DNA of 64,000 nt from a virus (Duplodnaviria > Caudoviricetes), in the IMG/VR virus record IMGVR_UViG_3300028886_000037, positions 1 through 64,000 of that record; one strand, written 5' to 3'. Below the pieces are notes generated by a model that had not been told where the DNA came from, ran no database searches, and saw only the letters and a list, made by a program, of their open reading frames with translations. Below are positions 47,024 to 56,112 of the stretch, one piece after another (the first letter of the stretch is position 1; each line of letters begins with the position of its first letter). The translations under genes and the position numbers were made by a program.

Positions 47024-47887
47024 ATGTCTGAGCCTAACTACTTCAAGATACCGTACAAACAGCTTCCGAGCCTTGGACAACTATATCCGAAAGACTCTTC
47101 GATACGATTCAGGATTCTACAAGTTCGTGACCTGAAGTATCTCGGTGCGCTTGACAGAGACAATTCGAGCGAGATCGTCAACGACGTCATCAAGCGTTGT
47201 CTGAAAGTCGAAGGAATGAACATCGAAGACATCTACCGCATGGATCGTCTCTCGATTCTGTTCTACCTTCGCAGAAACACTTTCATGCTGTCGAACGGAT
47301 ATCAGACAGAGTTCGTCTGTCCATACTGCGGAACACGAGTCAGCAAAGAGTTTCAAGTTCACGAGCTCGCGAAGAAGACTATTCAGCAATCACTGTTAAG
47401 AAAAATTTACATTGATGGCAAACAGGTCAAGGGCGTCTACAAGAAGATCTTCGATCCAGAGTACAAGACTGATGATCCGGAGCTTGACTTAATTCTGAAC
47501 TGGACTAACGTGGACGAAGTCTATGATCACGTCAACCAGAGAGAGCTGGAAAACACGATCCTAGAACTTCCAGCAGACCAGTACGCGAAGCTGAGACACT
47601 TGGCTACCGATACGAGATGCGGAATTCTCAGCTACACAGAGCTTCAGTGCGACAACTGCTTCAACAAGATGAGAGTCGGAGTCGATCTGTCGGACGACAA
47701 GCTGTTCAACAAGGTCAAGATGACTACGATGATCCGCAACCAGATTCAAGTCAGCAAGTTCTGTGGAATAAATCTGACAGACGATATGCCCTACAACGAA
47801 GTCGAGCTGACGATCGCGATAGTGAACGATCTGTCTAAGAAAGAAGCAGAAGCCGTGAGCAAGACTAAAGGAGTCGCAAAACAATGA
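47024..47887 (+). CDS. Second gp26-like baseplate hub assembly protein
   Basis: LPSLG..YP ... FYLRRNT ... CPYC ... CDNC. Confidence 0.65.
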   Translation: MSEPNYFKIPYKQLPSLGQLYPKDSSIRFRILQVRDLKYLGALDRDNSSEIVNDVIKRCLKVEGMNIEDIYRMDRLSILFYLRRNTFMLSNGYQTEFVCPYCGTRVSKEFQVHELAKKTIQQSLLRKIYIDGKQVKGVYKKIFDPEYKTDDPELDLILNWTNVDEVYDHVNQRELENTILELPADQYAKLRHLATDTRCGILSYTELQCDNCFNKMRVGVDLSDDKLFNKVKMTTMIRNQIQVSKFCGINLTDDMPYNEVELTIAIVNDLSKKEAEAVSKTKGVAKQ

Positions 47888-48696
47888 GTGAAAGAGATCT
47901 AAGCAAAATATACGGCAACATTCCCGCAGATTCGCTAAACGGGCATTCTACGGCCGATTTGTCAGACCCTAAGGTAACTAACCGGTGGACTGGTAAAGTC
48001 ATCGCAAACAACGATTCTATGCGCATGGGCAGGGTGAAGGTAAAGATCTTCGGCTTCTATGACGATGTAGATGACGCTGTGATTCCTTGGGCTCTTCCAG
48101 AGAACGGCTATCTTGGCGCTTCGACTTCTAACTTGGTCGTTCCTCCAGTCGATACGATAGTTCGTGGATATTTCGAGAACGGAGATCCGTACAAGCCAGT
48201 CTATGACGGAATGATCACGGTAGAGAATCCTTTGGCTGCAGCAGCCGAAGCATTCATTGGAATGAGAGCGCCAGGCGACAGCATTCTGGACGACGCTGCT
48301 AGCTCGCTCGACTATCCAGACGTGATGGTCCTGATGAAGACTGATGACGGCGAAGGAGTGACTCTAAATCGCAAGAACGGCCAGATGAAGATAAGTCATC
48401 GATCTGGCCTGAAGATTCAGATTGATCCGAACGGAAGCATTCTCGTAGAGCAGAGCATGTCGAAGAAGATCGTGAATCCGAACGCTGCGACGATGGATGT
48501 GAAGATAGAGGGTAAGTTCACTCTCGAAGCAAATGACGACATCGTGATCAACGCAAAGAAGAACGTCTACATAGATGCAGTCAAGGGCGACGTGAATCTT
48601 GGAAGAAACAGTCTAAAGACACTAGTGTGCGCTCATCCGACTTGCTTCGTCACCGATGCTCCGACGAACGGCGGAAACACTAACGTCAAAGCTTAG
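47884..48696 (+). CDS. Baseplate central spike, gp5/gpV-like (OB fold plus beta-helix, no lysozyme domain)
   Basis: GKVIANND..MGRVKVKIFG ... IPWA ... P.V...V.GYFENGDPYKP ... HRSG. Confidence 0.85.
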   Translation: MSERDLSKIYGNIPADSLNGHSTADLSDPKVTNRWTGKVIANNDSMRMGRVKVKIFGFYDDVDDAVIPWALPENGYLGASTSNLVVPPVDTIVRGYFENGDPYKPVYDGMITVENPLAAAAEAFIGMRAPGDSILDDAASSLDYPDVMVLMKTDDGEGVTLNRKNGQMKISHRSGLKIQIDPNGSILVEQSMSKKIVNPNAATMDVKIEGKFTLEANDDIVINAKKNVYIDAVKGDVNLGRNSLKTLVCAHPTCFVTDAPTNGGNTNVKA

Positions 48697-48935
48697 TAGC
48701 TAGTATTCAAGTTCTTGGCGAGATTTTCTAGAAAATCCTTGAGACAGTCACGGCAGATGTGCTCTGCTGAGTCTTTTCCGGAGTACTTAGACAGAGTCAA
48801 GTTCATTCCGTATTGAACAGGTGTCCCATCAGTCAAATAGAGATTTCCTGCAAATTCGGTTTTGTGATCTCCGTGAATCTCTTTTCCGCAGAAGTCACAG
48901 TGGATCTCTTCTTGGATCGTTAGTATCTTACTCAT
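48693..48935 (-). CDS. Small zinc-finger protein
   Basis: CDFC ... HICRDC. Confidence 0.65.
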   Translation of the reverse strand: MSKILTIQEEIHCDFCGKEIHGDHKTEFAGNLYLTDGTPVQYGMNLTLSKYSGKDSAEHICRDCLKDFLENLAKNLNTSY

Positions 48936-49260
48936 ACCATCTCCTTATCTTTTCATCTAGTATAACGTCATGATATGTAATGATCTTGTCGAGATATTTC
49001 AAAAAGAAGTTCGAGATCAGCACAACTTCATCAATGTCCCAGCCCATAGCGCTTATGAAGTTGCCTTTATCGTCTTCATACTTGTAGGAATATGGTGCGC
49101 CACGAAAGTCGTGATCTTGATCATCTCCCTCTTCTGGGTACGTGATCGGAGTCAGATCAAGTGACGGAACATTCAATATCGCTTGAAATTCGACATTGCG
49201 GTTAGAGCCGCTGATCAAGCCATGTTCGTCGATTGAGTGTACATTCATTATCCTTCTCAT
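48928..49260 (-). CDS. Hypothetical protein
   Basis: Coupled ORF in the early operon. Confidence 0.55.
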   Translation of the reverse strand: MRRIMNVHSIDEHGLISGSNRNVEFQAILNVPSLDLTPITYPEEGDDQDHDFRGAPYSYKYEDDKGNFISAMGWDIDEVVLISNFFLKYLDKIITYHDVILDEKIRRWYE

Positions 49261-49814
49261 TGAAGCTTTGCGTGAACGAAGCCGAGCTCGATAGCCTTTC
49301 CGACCGTGAGCTTGTCGCCCTCTTTGAGTCCTAGCTCATTGCTTCCATCAGAAGACAGATGACTAGGAGGCAGCGGATCTCCTGGATGGAAAGTGAACAT
49401 GCAAGCGCCATATCCGCCATCTCCGATGATGATTACTGTGTAGTCTACGAACCATCGCATTGCAGACGACGCGAAAGGATCGGTGAGAACGAGAGACAGA
49501 GTTCCGGTTCCCTTCACGTCCATCATCGTGCAAATGAGATTGTGATTAAGTTCCTTTAGAGGAATCATTCCGAGCCACCCACGAATAGCATCAGTCTTGA
49601 AGGCGCGACAACCAGGCGCTACTGCGGGATGGTCATACTTGTACCACGAGACGTGCATCAGCGCACGTTCTAGATCTTCAGCGTGGACATAGTCAGTTAC
49701 GCTGCCTTTCCCGTTGCAAAGACGCTGCTCGATGCACTTGCGGAAATACTCTGGATCGTGTTCTTTTGTTCGCTGGATCGCGTGCCACACGTACTGATTG
49801 TAATCGTAGTCCAT
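49257..49814 (-). CDS. Hypothetical protein
   Basis: AAGGAG RBS; TFHPG motif. Confidence 0.65.
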   Translation of the reverse strand: MDYDYNQYVWHAIQRTKEHDPEYFRKCIEQRLCNGKGSVTDYVHAEDLERALMHVSWYKYDHPAVAPGCRAFKTDAIRGWLGMIPLKELNHNLICTMMDVKGTGTLSLVLTDPFASSAMRWFVDYTVIIIGDGGYGACMFTFHPGDPLPPSHLSSDGSNELGLKEGDKLTVGKAIELGFVHAKLQ

Positions 49815-49825
49815 TCGAAGTCTCC

Positions 49826-50236
49826 TTAGAAGTTAGTGGAGATGATCTCTTTCCACTTCAACCAGTTCTTGATCGTGAAAGAGAGTGAAGTGATGTTAGC
49901 TGCGGTGTCTTCTAGCCAGCCCATGTAGTAGCGCTGTTCGATCAAAGCGCGATTGATCTTTGCGACGTCGTCGTCTAGCGCCGTCTGTTCTGTAGCTTCC
50001 TTAGCCGTGTAAGCGTATCCGCCGTCCTTGAGCTTGTTCTTCGCTTTCGCGACGGCCTCTTCGAGCTTGACTTCGAGATTAGCCACGATTGCGACTTGTT
50101 TGCGGTAAGCGTCGATATACTTCTGCTTCATGCCTGGAATCTGCATATTCTTTTCCAGAATGTCGTCTGGGTTCTCAGGCATCACTACATCTTCGAGCGC
50201 CATTTCCTGAAATTTCAAAAAGTCTTCTTTAAGCAT
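49826..50236 (-). CDS. uvsY: Recombination mediator, UvsY-like
   Basis: 136-aa helical protein; IPGMKQKY ... SFTIKNWLKW resembles the UvsY C-terminus. Confidence 0.7.
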   Translation of the reverse strand: MLKEDFLKFQEMALEDVVMPENPDDILEKNMQIPGMKQKYIDAYRKQVAIVANLEVKLEEAVAKAKNKLKDGGYAYTAKEATEQTALDDDVAKINRALIEQRYYMGWLEDTAANITSLSFTIKNWLKWKEIISTNF

Positions 50237-50453
50237 TCGGTTCCTCGATCTCGTTGACGGAAAGCATATAGCGTTTTCCGTTCATAGTGAACTTGACGTT
50301 CTGTTTCGTATCAAGCAGAAATTGTGCAGCTGCTCCTATCACTTCGTCAGTGACGGCAGACTTGCTCTTCCAACCGCCAGAATCCGACTTAATTCCAGCA
50401 TATATCGCGGCTAGACCGCATCCAACGTGATACTGTGGCATTTTCACCTCCAC
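50229..50453 (-). CDS. Conserved small phage protein
   Basis: YHVGCG..IYAG ... WKSKS.VTDE. Confidence 0.6.
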   Translation of the reverse strand: MEVKMPQYHVGCGLAAIYAGIKSDSGGWKSKSAVTDEVIGAAAQFLLDTKQNVKFTMNGKRYMLSVNEIEEPNA

Positions 50454-50761
50454 TTTTCCAAAACTTTGTCCAACTTGTTGTGAAGATCCGTAACTTTCTC
50501 CCAGTCAATAACGTCCTGGTCGTCAAGTCCGTGCACATCGTCTAGACGGCTATACATGTCGTCGATTGCGCTCAGCCACTGTCTCGTCATCTTGACTACG
50601 CAGCGGTGCAAACGATGGATCTCCATTCCGTCATCGACTGAACGGACATACTCGTCGGCCTTCATGTCTTCGATCTGCTTTTTGAGAGCTCTTACGTTAT
50701 CACGCTCCTTGTCGAGCATAGCCTCAAGCTCATCGCGTCCATAAGAATCGTAGCCTAGCAT
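50444..50761 (-). CDS. Hypothetical coiled-coil protein
   Basis: Overlapping genes in the operon. Confidence 0.6.
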   Translation of the reverse strand: MLGYDSYGRDELEAMLDKERDNVRALKKQIEDMKADEYVRSVDDGMEIHRLHRCVVKMTRQWLSAIDDMYSRLDDVHGLDDQDVIDWEKVTDLHNKLDKVLEKWR

Positions 50762-50970
50762 TGTTCTCTGTCCTCTTTGCGGTAAGTGTCGTAATGCACT
50801 TCAGTTTCTCTTTCATAGTGAAATTGACGGCCGCATACGTCACATTCATACTCAGAGCAGTCGCTCGACAGCTCGTTGCTGTTCTCGTGAATGTAGCCGC
50901 AATACGGGCACACCATCTCTTTGGTGTGCCAGCTAAAAAGTTTCTTTCTAGTATCTGCGAATCGGTCCAT
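50755..50970 (-). CDS. Zinc-ribbon protein
   Basis: CPYCG ... CDVCG. Confidence 0.65.
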   Translation of the reverse strand: MDRFADTRKKLFSWHTKEMVCPYCGYIHENSNELSSDCSEYECDVCGRQFHYERETEVHYDTYRKEDREQC

Positions 50971-50971
50971 A

Positions 50972-51130
50972 TTATTCGTCCAGCCAGTCGAAGAACTGCT
51001 CTCGGTCGGTTTTGATCGACTTTTCGATCAATTTGAGATTATTCTGAGCTGCAAAACGACGTCCATCCGCCATCAACTCGCCATATTTTTGGATTTTCTC
51101 AATAAGCAGCTTTTTGTCGCTATCCTTCAT
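50972..51130 (-). CDS. Small hypothetical early protein (52 aa)
   Basis: AAGGA RBS; first gene after the promoter at 51154-51196. Confidence 0.55.
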   Translation of the reverse strand: MKDSDKKLLIEKIQKYGELMADGRRFAAQNNLKLIEKSIKTDREQFFDWLDE

Positions 51131-51153
51131 AGTTGGGGTCCTTTTTTTTGAAG

Positions 51154-51196
51154 TTTACATATACAATATAGGCATTTTCGTCAAATTTGTAAACCC
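51154..51196 (-). promoter_or_regulatory. Early sigma70-type promoter (TTTACA-17-TATATT)
   Basis: GGGTTTACAAATTTGACGAAAATGCCTATATTGTATATGTAAA. Confidence 0.75.
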
Positions 51197-51246
51197 TAAA
51201 GTGCATGAAATTTTAGTTTTGCGCAAAATTCTATAATTAAAGAGCA

Positions 51247-53028
51247 ATGTATATCAAGTTCCATTCGATAAAGTTCAAGAATTTTCTGTCCTATGGCAAC
51301 GGATGGACTACTCTGAACTTCAACAACAAACTCAACCTGATCAATGCCCAGAACGGCGCAGGAAAATCGACAATCGTTGACGCTATCTCGTTCGTGCTCT
51401 TCGGTAAGCCCTATCGTGACATTAAAATGAAGAGCCTTGTGAACTACATCAACAAGCGCCACTTGGAGGTAGAGATCCAGTTCGACATCGGCAAGGATTC
51501 CTACCGCATGCTGAGAGGACTTGCGCCGTCGAAGTTCGAACTGTACAAGAACGGCGAGATGGTAGAAGCGCTGAGTTCAAAGAAGCTCAATCAGATCGAG
51601 ATCGACAAGCTGCTCGGCGTCAAGTATCTGCTATTCAAGAACGTGATGTGTATCGGGGCAATCTCGAACGTGCCGTTCTTCAACATGTGTCTATCCGACA
51701 GAAGAGAACTGCTCGAAACGATATTCGGACTCACGAACATCGCGGATATGCTCGACGAGGTGAAGGACCGCAGATCGAACGACAACATCACCATCAAGAC
51801 GATGAGCGCAACTAAGACTGGTCTCGAGAACTCGATCAACGACCTGATCAAGATCATCGCGGACATGGAGCAGAAGAGCCGCAATTTCGAAACGAACAAA
51901 GCGGACAGACTAGAGAAGGTGAAAGACCATATCGAGCAGCAGAAGTCCGACTTGGTGAAACACGAGACCAACATCAAGAAGTGCGAAGAGAAGTGCGCCG
52001 AGCTCGAACCCGACTTCTCAGAACTCGACGACACTATTATTAGGATTCGTGAACGCGTCGCTGGACTCGCAGAGCACAAGGCGAAGGTGACTAGCCTGAC
52101 GAAGATTTACGACTTCCGTGACAAGAACAAGTGTCCGATATGCGGGACAGATTTCTGCTCAGATCACGCGAAAGAGTATTTTGACGGAATTCTCGCCGAG
52201 ATCAACATGGAGCAGGGATTCTACGACACTCTGAACGAGAAGCAGAAGGCAGACGAGGAAAGCGCAGAGAAGATGCGCAACTCTAAGTATTTCTACGAGA
52301 AGGTGAAGAGCAGAATTTCGACAGAGCAGACGGTCATCGAGGGCTTGAAGCGTGGCATTGCTTACGACGAGCAGCAGTATAAAGACATCGAGGCTGAGAC
52401 AAACGGATTCGATCCGTCTGACCAGAGAAAGCGCGTAGAGGAGTATCGAAAGCAGCTCAAGATCTGCAACGACACGATAGACGAGACGTCCGAGCGAGTA
52501 GCGATCGACACTGACCTCATCACGATTCTCTCAGACAGCGGAATCAAGCGATACTTCTTTGAGGAGATCGTTCCGATTCTAAACCTCAAGATCAACGAGT
52601 ACATCAAGAAGTTCGGCTTGAACGTCGAAGTCATCTTCGACAGCATGCTAGAGTATACGCTCACTCGTGGCGCGTTCGAAATGGAATACAACGGACTATC
52701 GAACGGAGAGAAGACAAGAGTGAACGTCGCTATGCTTCTCACTTTCTACGACATCGCGAAACAACTGTCAAACTGGTCGAGCTCTATTCTGTTCATGGAT
52801 GAGATTTTCGACACTGGTATCGACGGCGATGGAATTACGGACTTCCTGAAAGAGTTGATCACGATGATTCAGGGCGACAGCAACCTCGGCGTGTACCTAA
52901 TTTCGCACAAGCTAAATGATCTAAATTTTAGTCAAATACAATATAAGTTCGAGACGCTGAGAGTCCAGAAGAAGGGCTGCTTCAGCCAGTTGGTAAAGGA
53001 TAGAAATGAGCAAGGTAGCCCTAGTTAG
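51247..53028 (+). CDS. Recombination ATPase gp46 (Rad50/SbcC-like)
   Basis: FKNFLSYG, NGAGKST, CPIC zinc hook, LSNGEK, FMDE, ISH. Confidence 0.95.
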   Translation: MYIKFHSIKFKNFLSYGNGWTTLNFNNKLNLINAQNGAGKSTIVDAISFVLFGKPYRDIKMKSLVNYINKRHLEVEIQFDIGKDSYRMLRGLAPSKFELYKNGEMVEALSSKKLNQIEIDKLLGVKYLLFKNVMCIGAISNVPFFNMCLSDRRELLETIFGLTNIADMLDEVKDRRSNDNITIKTMSATKTGLENSINDLIKIIADMEQKSRNFETNKADRLEKVKDHIEQQKSDLVKHETNIKKCEEKCAELEPDFSELDDTIIRIRERVAGLAEHKAKVTSLTKIYDFRDKNKCPICGTDFCSDHAKEYFDGILAEINMEQGFYDTLNEKQKADEESAEKMRNSKYFYEKVKSRISTEQTVIEGLKRGIAYDEQQYKDIEAETNGFDPSDQRKRVEEYRKQLKICNDTIDETSERVAIDTDLITILSDSGIKRYFFEEIVPILNLKINEYIKKFGLNVEVIFDSMLEYTLTRGAFEMEYNGLSNGEKTRVNVAMLLTFYDIAKQLSNWSSSILFMDEIFDTGIDGDGITDFLKELITMIQGDSNLGVYLISHKLNDLNFSQIQYKFETLRVQKKGCFSQLVKDRNEQGSPS

Positions 53029-54094
53029 CGATCTGCACTTCGGAACTCATTCGGACGACAGAATTTTTCAGGACTCTCAATTCGCATTCATGGAGCAGAT
53101 GGCGAATGACTGCAAAGAGCGAGGGATAGAGAAAATCTTCGTTCTTGGCGACCTGTTCGACACTCGTCATGCCGTGAATGTTTTGACGATAAACCGAGTG
53201 GTCGACTTCTTCAAGCGACACGAGGGCGAAGTGATCTGGTATATCGTTCTCGGCAATCACGACCTCTATTACAAGAATTCGATGGACATTAGTTCGTTGG
53301 TCGTTCTTGACCGCATCGCCAACGTGAACATAATCGACAAGCCAATTAGAATGAGGCTTGATCCTAAGAAGTGCAGCGAGACTGGAAAGGATCACGACAC
53401 TGTCGTCGTGCCGTGGGTTACTGACTATGAAGAGTTCCGCAACTACGTTGAAAAGGAATTCGATCTTGGATGCGGAATCACTCGCCTATTTGGTCACTTG
53501 GACGTCATCGGTGCAAAGATGGACATCTTCAACAATCGTGCAGAGCAGGGCTTCGACAAAGACGAGCTGTTTAAGCACTGGAAACACATCTATACGGGCC
53601 ATTATCACATTCACTCGGAAACTACACAGGGTGACTGCAAACTGACCTATTTGGGCTCTCCATACCAGCTTAATCGTTCAGAGATCGAAGAGAAGGGATT
53701 TTATATTCTCGACACTTACACGGAAGAGATGGAATTTATCAGTAACGAGCACTGCATCGAGTACAAGAAGCTCAAATTTCCAGATATGCCCGAAGATCCA
53801 GAGACATTCATTCATGGCAACATAATTGACGTCGAGATCAGTTGGGAGTCTTCGAAGTACATGAACAAGGTGAACGAGTACCTTGAGAAGATCGAAAGTT
53901 ACGGACCAGCATATCCAGTCAATCCGATCTACCAGCGCAGACAAGAAAATACGCCTATCGAAAGGATAGACGTATCTAAAATCACGCTGCTGAGTCTCGC
54001 CAAGAAGTATATTGACGACAGCTCAGATATTAAGGACAAAACGAAGGTCTTCAACGCGTTCAAAGAGCTTCATCAGAGTCACTCGATTCAGTGA
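53006..54094 (+). CDS. Recombination nuclease gp47 (Mre11/SbcD-like)
   Basis: SDLHFG, GDLFD, GNHD, GH, GHYH, YLGSP. Confidence 0.95.
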   Translation: MSKVALVSDLHFGTHSDDRIFQDSQFAFMEQMANDCKERGIEKIFVLGDLFDTRHAVNVLTINRVVDFFKRHEGEVIWYIVLGNHDLYYKNSMDISSLVVLDRIANVNIIDKPIRMRLDPKKCSETGKDHDTVVVPWVTDYEEFRNYVEKEFDLGCGITRLFGHLDVIGAKMDIFNNRAEQGFDKDELFKHWKHIYTGHYHIHSETTQGDCKLTYLGSPYQLNRSEIEEKGFYILDTYTEEMEFISNEHCIEYKKLKFPDMPEDPETFIHGNIIDVEISWESSKYMNKVNEYLEKIESYGPAYPVNPIYQRRQENTPIERIDVSKITLLSLAKKYIDDSSDIKDKTKVFNAFKELHQSHSIQ

Positions 54095-54215
54095 TCTCTT
54101 CGCTCTTTTTCTTGCGCTTTGGAACTTGCACTTCAACTTTGACTTGCTGAACCGTGTTCGGTATTACGACGTTCACATCGATTCTGCGGTATGGACTTCT
54201 TACTCTTACGCTCAT
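54060..54215 (-). CDS. Small hypothetical protein
   Basis: ATGA-coupled to 54212..54613; MSVRVRSPYRR... Confidence 0.35.
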   Translation of the reverse strand: MSVRVRSPYRRIDVNVVIPNTVQQVKVEVQVPKRKKKSEEITESSDSDEAL

Positions 54216-54613
54216 GGCTCCTCCAATTCTATCTTCTCTTCTGGAATTCCTATCTTGGTCTTCAGCACTTCGGGAAGATACTTTCGAAGCAGCTGGATGG
54301 CTTTTGTCTGTTTGTCACGCTTCATTTTCTCTACGCAGTTCTTAGCCTGGACTATGAAGAACGGATCTTCGGCCATGTGAGAGGTGAACATGTCCACTTC
54401 CTCCGGAGTCAGGTATAGAACGACTGACTGGTTCTTCTTTGGATTCAACGACTCTAGCTTGTGGAGCGCGTAGAGCTTGATCAACTGAATGATCCAAGTC
54501 TTTGGCCTGTCCTCAGCGCAGAAGTCCCAGATTCCGCCCTCGTCTGACTCCTCTTCCATGTCTAGAAAGACATGAGGCTGTTCGAGCAGAAGCTTTTCGA
54601 CTAGGTATCTCAT
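54212..54613 (-). CDS. Hypothetical protein (possible head-associated)
   Basis: N-terminus MRYLVEKLLLE. Confidence 0.55.
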   Translation of the reverse strand: MRYLVEKLLLEQPHVFLDMEEESDEGGIWDFCAEDRPKTWIIQLIKLYALHKLESLNPKKNQSVVLYLTPEEVDMFTSHMAEDPFFIVQAKNCVEKMKRDKQTKAIQLLRKYLPEVLKTKIGIPEEKIELEEP

Positions 54614-55113
54614 CAGTTCTCTCCTATCAAGCTGTTGTAGAAGATGATTACGGCAGCAGAGAGCTTCAGAACGTCGAAGTCACGATCCTTGTACTTCGTG
54701 ATGACGTCATAGGACTTCGGAGAGCAGTTGTCCCAGTTTCTCCAGTCGAACTTCTCTTGCTCTACCATCGCGATGACCTGCTCGCAAGCGCCACGGATCT
54801 GTTTCTCGAAGTTCTTGATCTGGTCGCCCATTGCGTTATACTTAGTCGTGTGAGCGCAGCTGTCTTGGAATGCGGAGTGAATTCCATCTATGATTCCCAC
54901 TGCGACATCCTTCTGAGCCTTGATCTTGTCAGCTAGGGATTCTCTCAGGCTCTTGTGCTCTTCATGAGGAGCTTCTTGCGCCGGTGCGGGTTCAGGTGCG
55001 GGAGCTGGTGCAGGTTCCTGTGCTGGTGCTTGAGGCTGCTGTTGTGGAGCAGGTTGCTGCTGTGTAGGCTCGGCTTCATCGACACGCTTTCTAAAATCAC
55101 TAAATCTTTTCAT
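54613..55113 (-). CDS. Putative internal head protein with a CTS-like leader and a Pro/Gln linker
   Basis: MKRFSDFRKRVDE; TATAAATA at 55129-55136. Confidence 0.6.
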   Translation of the reverse strand: MKRFSDFRKRVDEAEPTQQQPAPQQQPQAPAQEPAPAPAPEPAPAQEAPHEEHKSLRESLADKIKAQKDVAVGIIDGIHSAFQDSCAHTTKYNAMGDQIKNFEKQIRGACEQVIAMVEQEKFDWRNWDNCSPKSYDVITKYKDRDFDVLKLSAAVIIFYNSLIGEN

Positions 55114-55142
55114 AAATTCCTCTCAAATTATTTATAGACACG

Positions 55143-55169
55143 AAAAAAGCGCTGGAATGACCAGCGCTT
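55143..55169 (-). terminator. Rho-independent terminator
   Basis: AAGCGCTGG/CCAGCGCTT stem plus T-run. Confidence 0.7.
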
Positions 55170-55190
55170 CAATTCTTTTCGGATGCTAGA

Positions 55191-55589
55191 CTATTCGTCA
55201 GCCGGGCCGTAGATGTTGTCGTTGTCCATTGCGCTTACGACTGCAGCTGCAGCTTCTGCGTCAGCGGAACCGTCATCTTCGTACTCAACCTTGTCAAGGA
55301 TTGACTTGATAGCTTCGAGCTCTTCCTTCGTGACCTGGATAGTGAAGATCTCCTGTTCCTCGCCATCGCCCTCATCCCCAGTTTCGGATGTTTCAGCAGT
55401 AGCGCCCGGTTCTTCATCTTCCTTCACGACCTTGTAGCCGTGAGCATTAGCAACTTCAATAGCTTCGGCGATCAGTTCCTTCTTGGACTTCTCAGCCTTA
55501 GCAGACTCATCGACCACCTTGTAGCCATGAGCCTCTGCCACTTCGATTGCTTCATCTAGCATCTCTTTTGTGATTTTAGAGTCTTTCAT
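55191..55589 (-). CDS. Acidic prohead core/scaffold-like protein with an internal repeat
   Basis: EAIEVAxAHGYKVV twice. Confidence 0.55.
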   Translation of the reverse strand: MKDSKITKEMLDEAIEVAEAHGYKVVDESAKAEKSKKELIAEAIEVANAHGYKVVKEDEEPGATAETSETGDEGDGEEQEIFTIQVTKEELEAIKSILDKVEYEDDGSADAEAAAAVVSAMDNDNIYGPADE

Positions 55590-55620
55590 TTGGTTAACCT
55601 CGTTGTTAAAATCTTTTTAT

Positions 55621-56109
55621 TTATACCGTTCTTCGTCCGCCAGTTACGATTCTCTTGATCGCGTCTCGGAGGTCTTGGACGATGATCTGTTCGTTTACGA
55701 TGAGTCCGTATGCTGAAGCGAACACAGACTTCAATTCCTTTGACTTTCTGACGATAGCGTCTTTCAGCTCAGAATCCTGTGGATAGCACAGCGCATTTGA
55801 GATCTGACGGTCATCTAGACCCTCTTGACGGCAGTATGCGGTGTAGCCCTCGACTAGATCACTTGCAGCTTCGCGGACCATCGGCATGATGGTCTCTGGA
55901 TCAGCGAACTGCTCATCGAGCGTGTAGCTCTCTTCGAGGTTCTCAGTGTTGAGCTCCTCGTTTTGGCCAGGCTCGATGTCGTCGTTGATCACAAGTTTGG
56001 CTCCGCAGCACGGACACACTGGATTTGAGATGTTGACTGTGTATGCAGTCTCTTCGTCATCCAGTGCTTCCAGCACCCTCAGAGCGCCCATTTGAGTTTC
56101 GCTGAGCAC
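55621..56109 (-). CDS. Hypothetical protein with CxxC
   Basis: CPCCG; acidic. Confidence 0.55.
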   Translation of the reverse strand: MLSETQMGALRVLEALDDEETAYTVNISNPVCPCCGAKLVINDDIEPGQNEELNTENLEESYTLDEQFADPETIMPMVREAASDLVEGYTAYCRQEGLDDRQISNALCYPQDSELKDAIVRKSKELKSVFASAYGLIVNEQIIVQDLRDAIKRIVTGGRRTV

Positions 56110-56112
56110 GAG

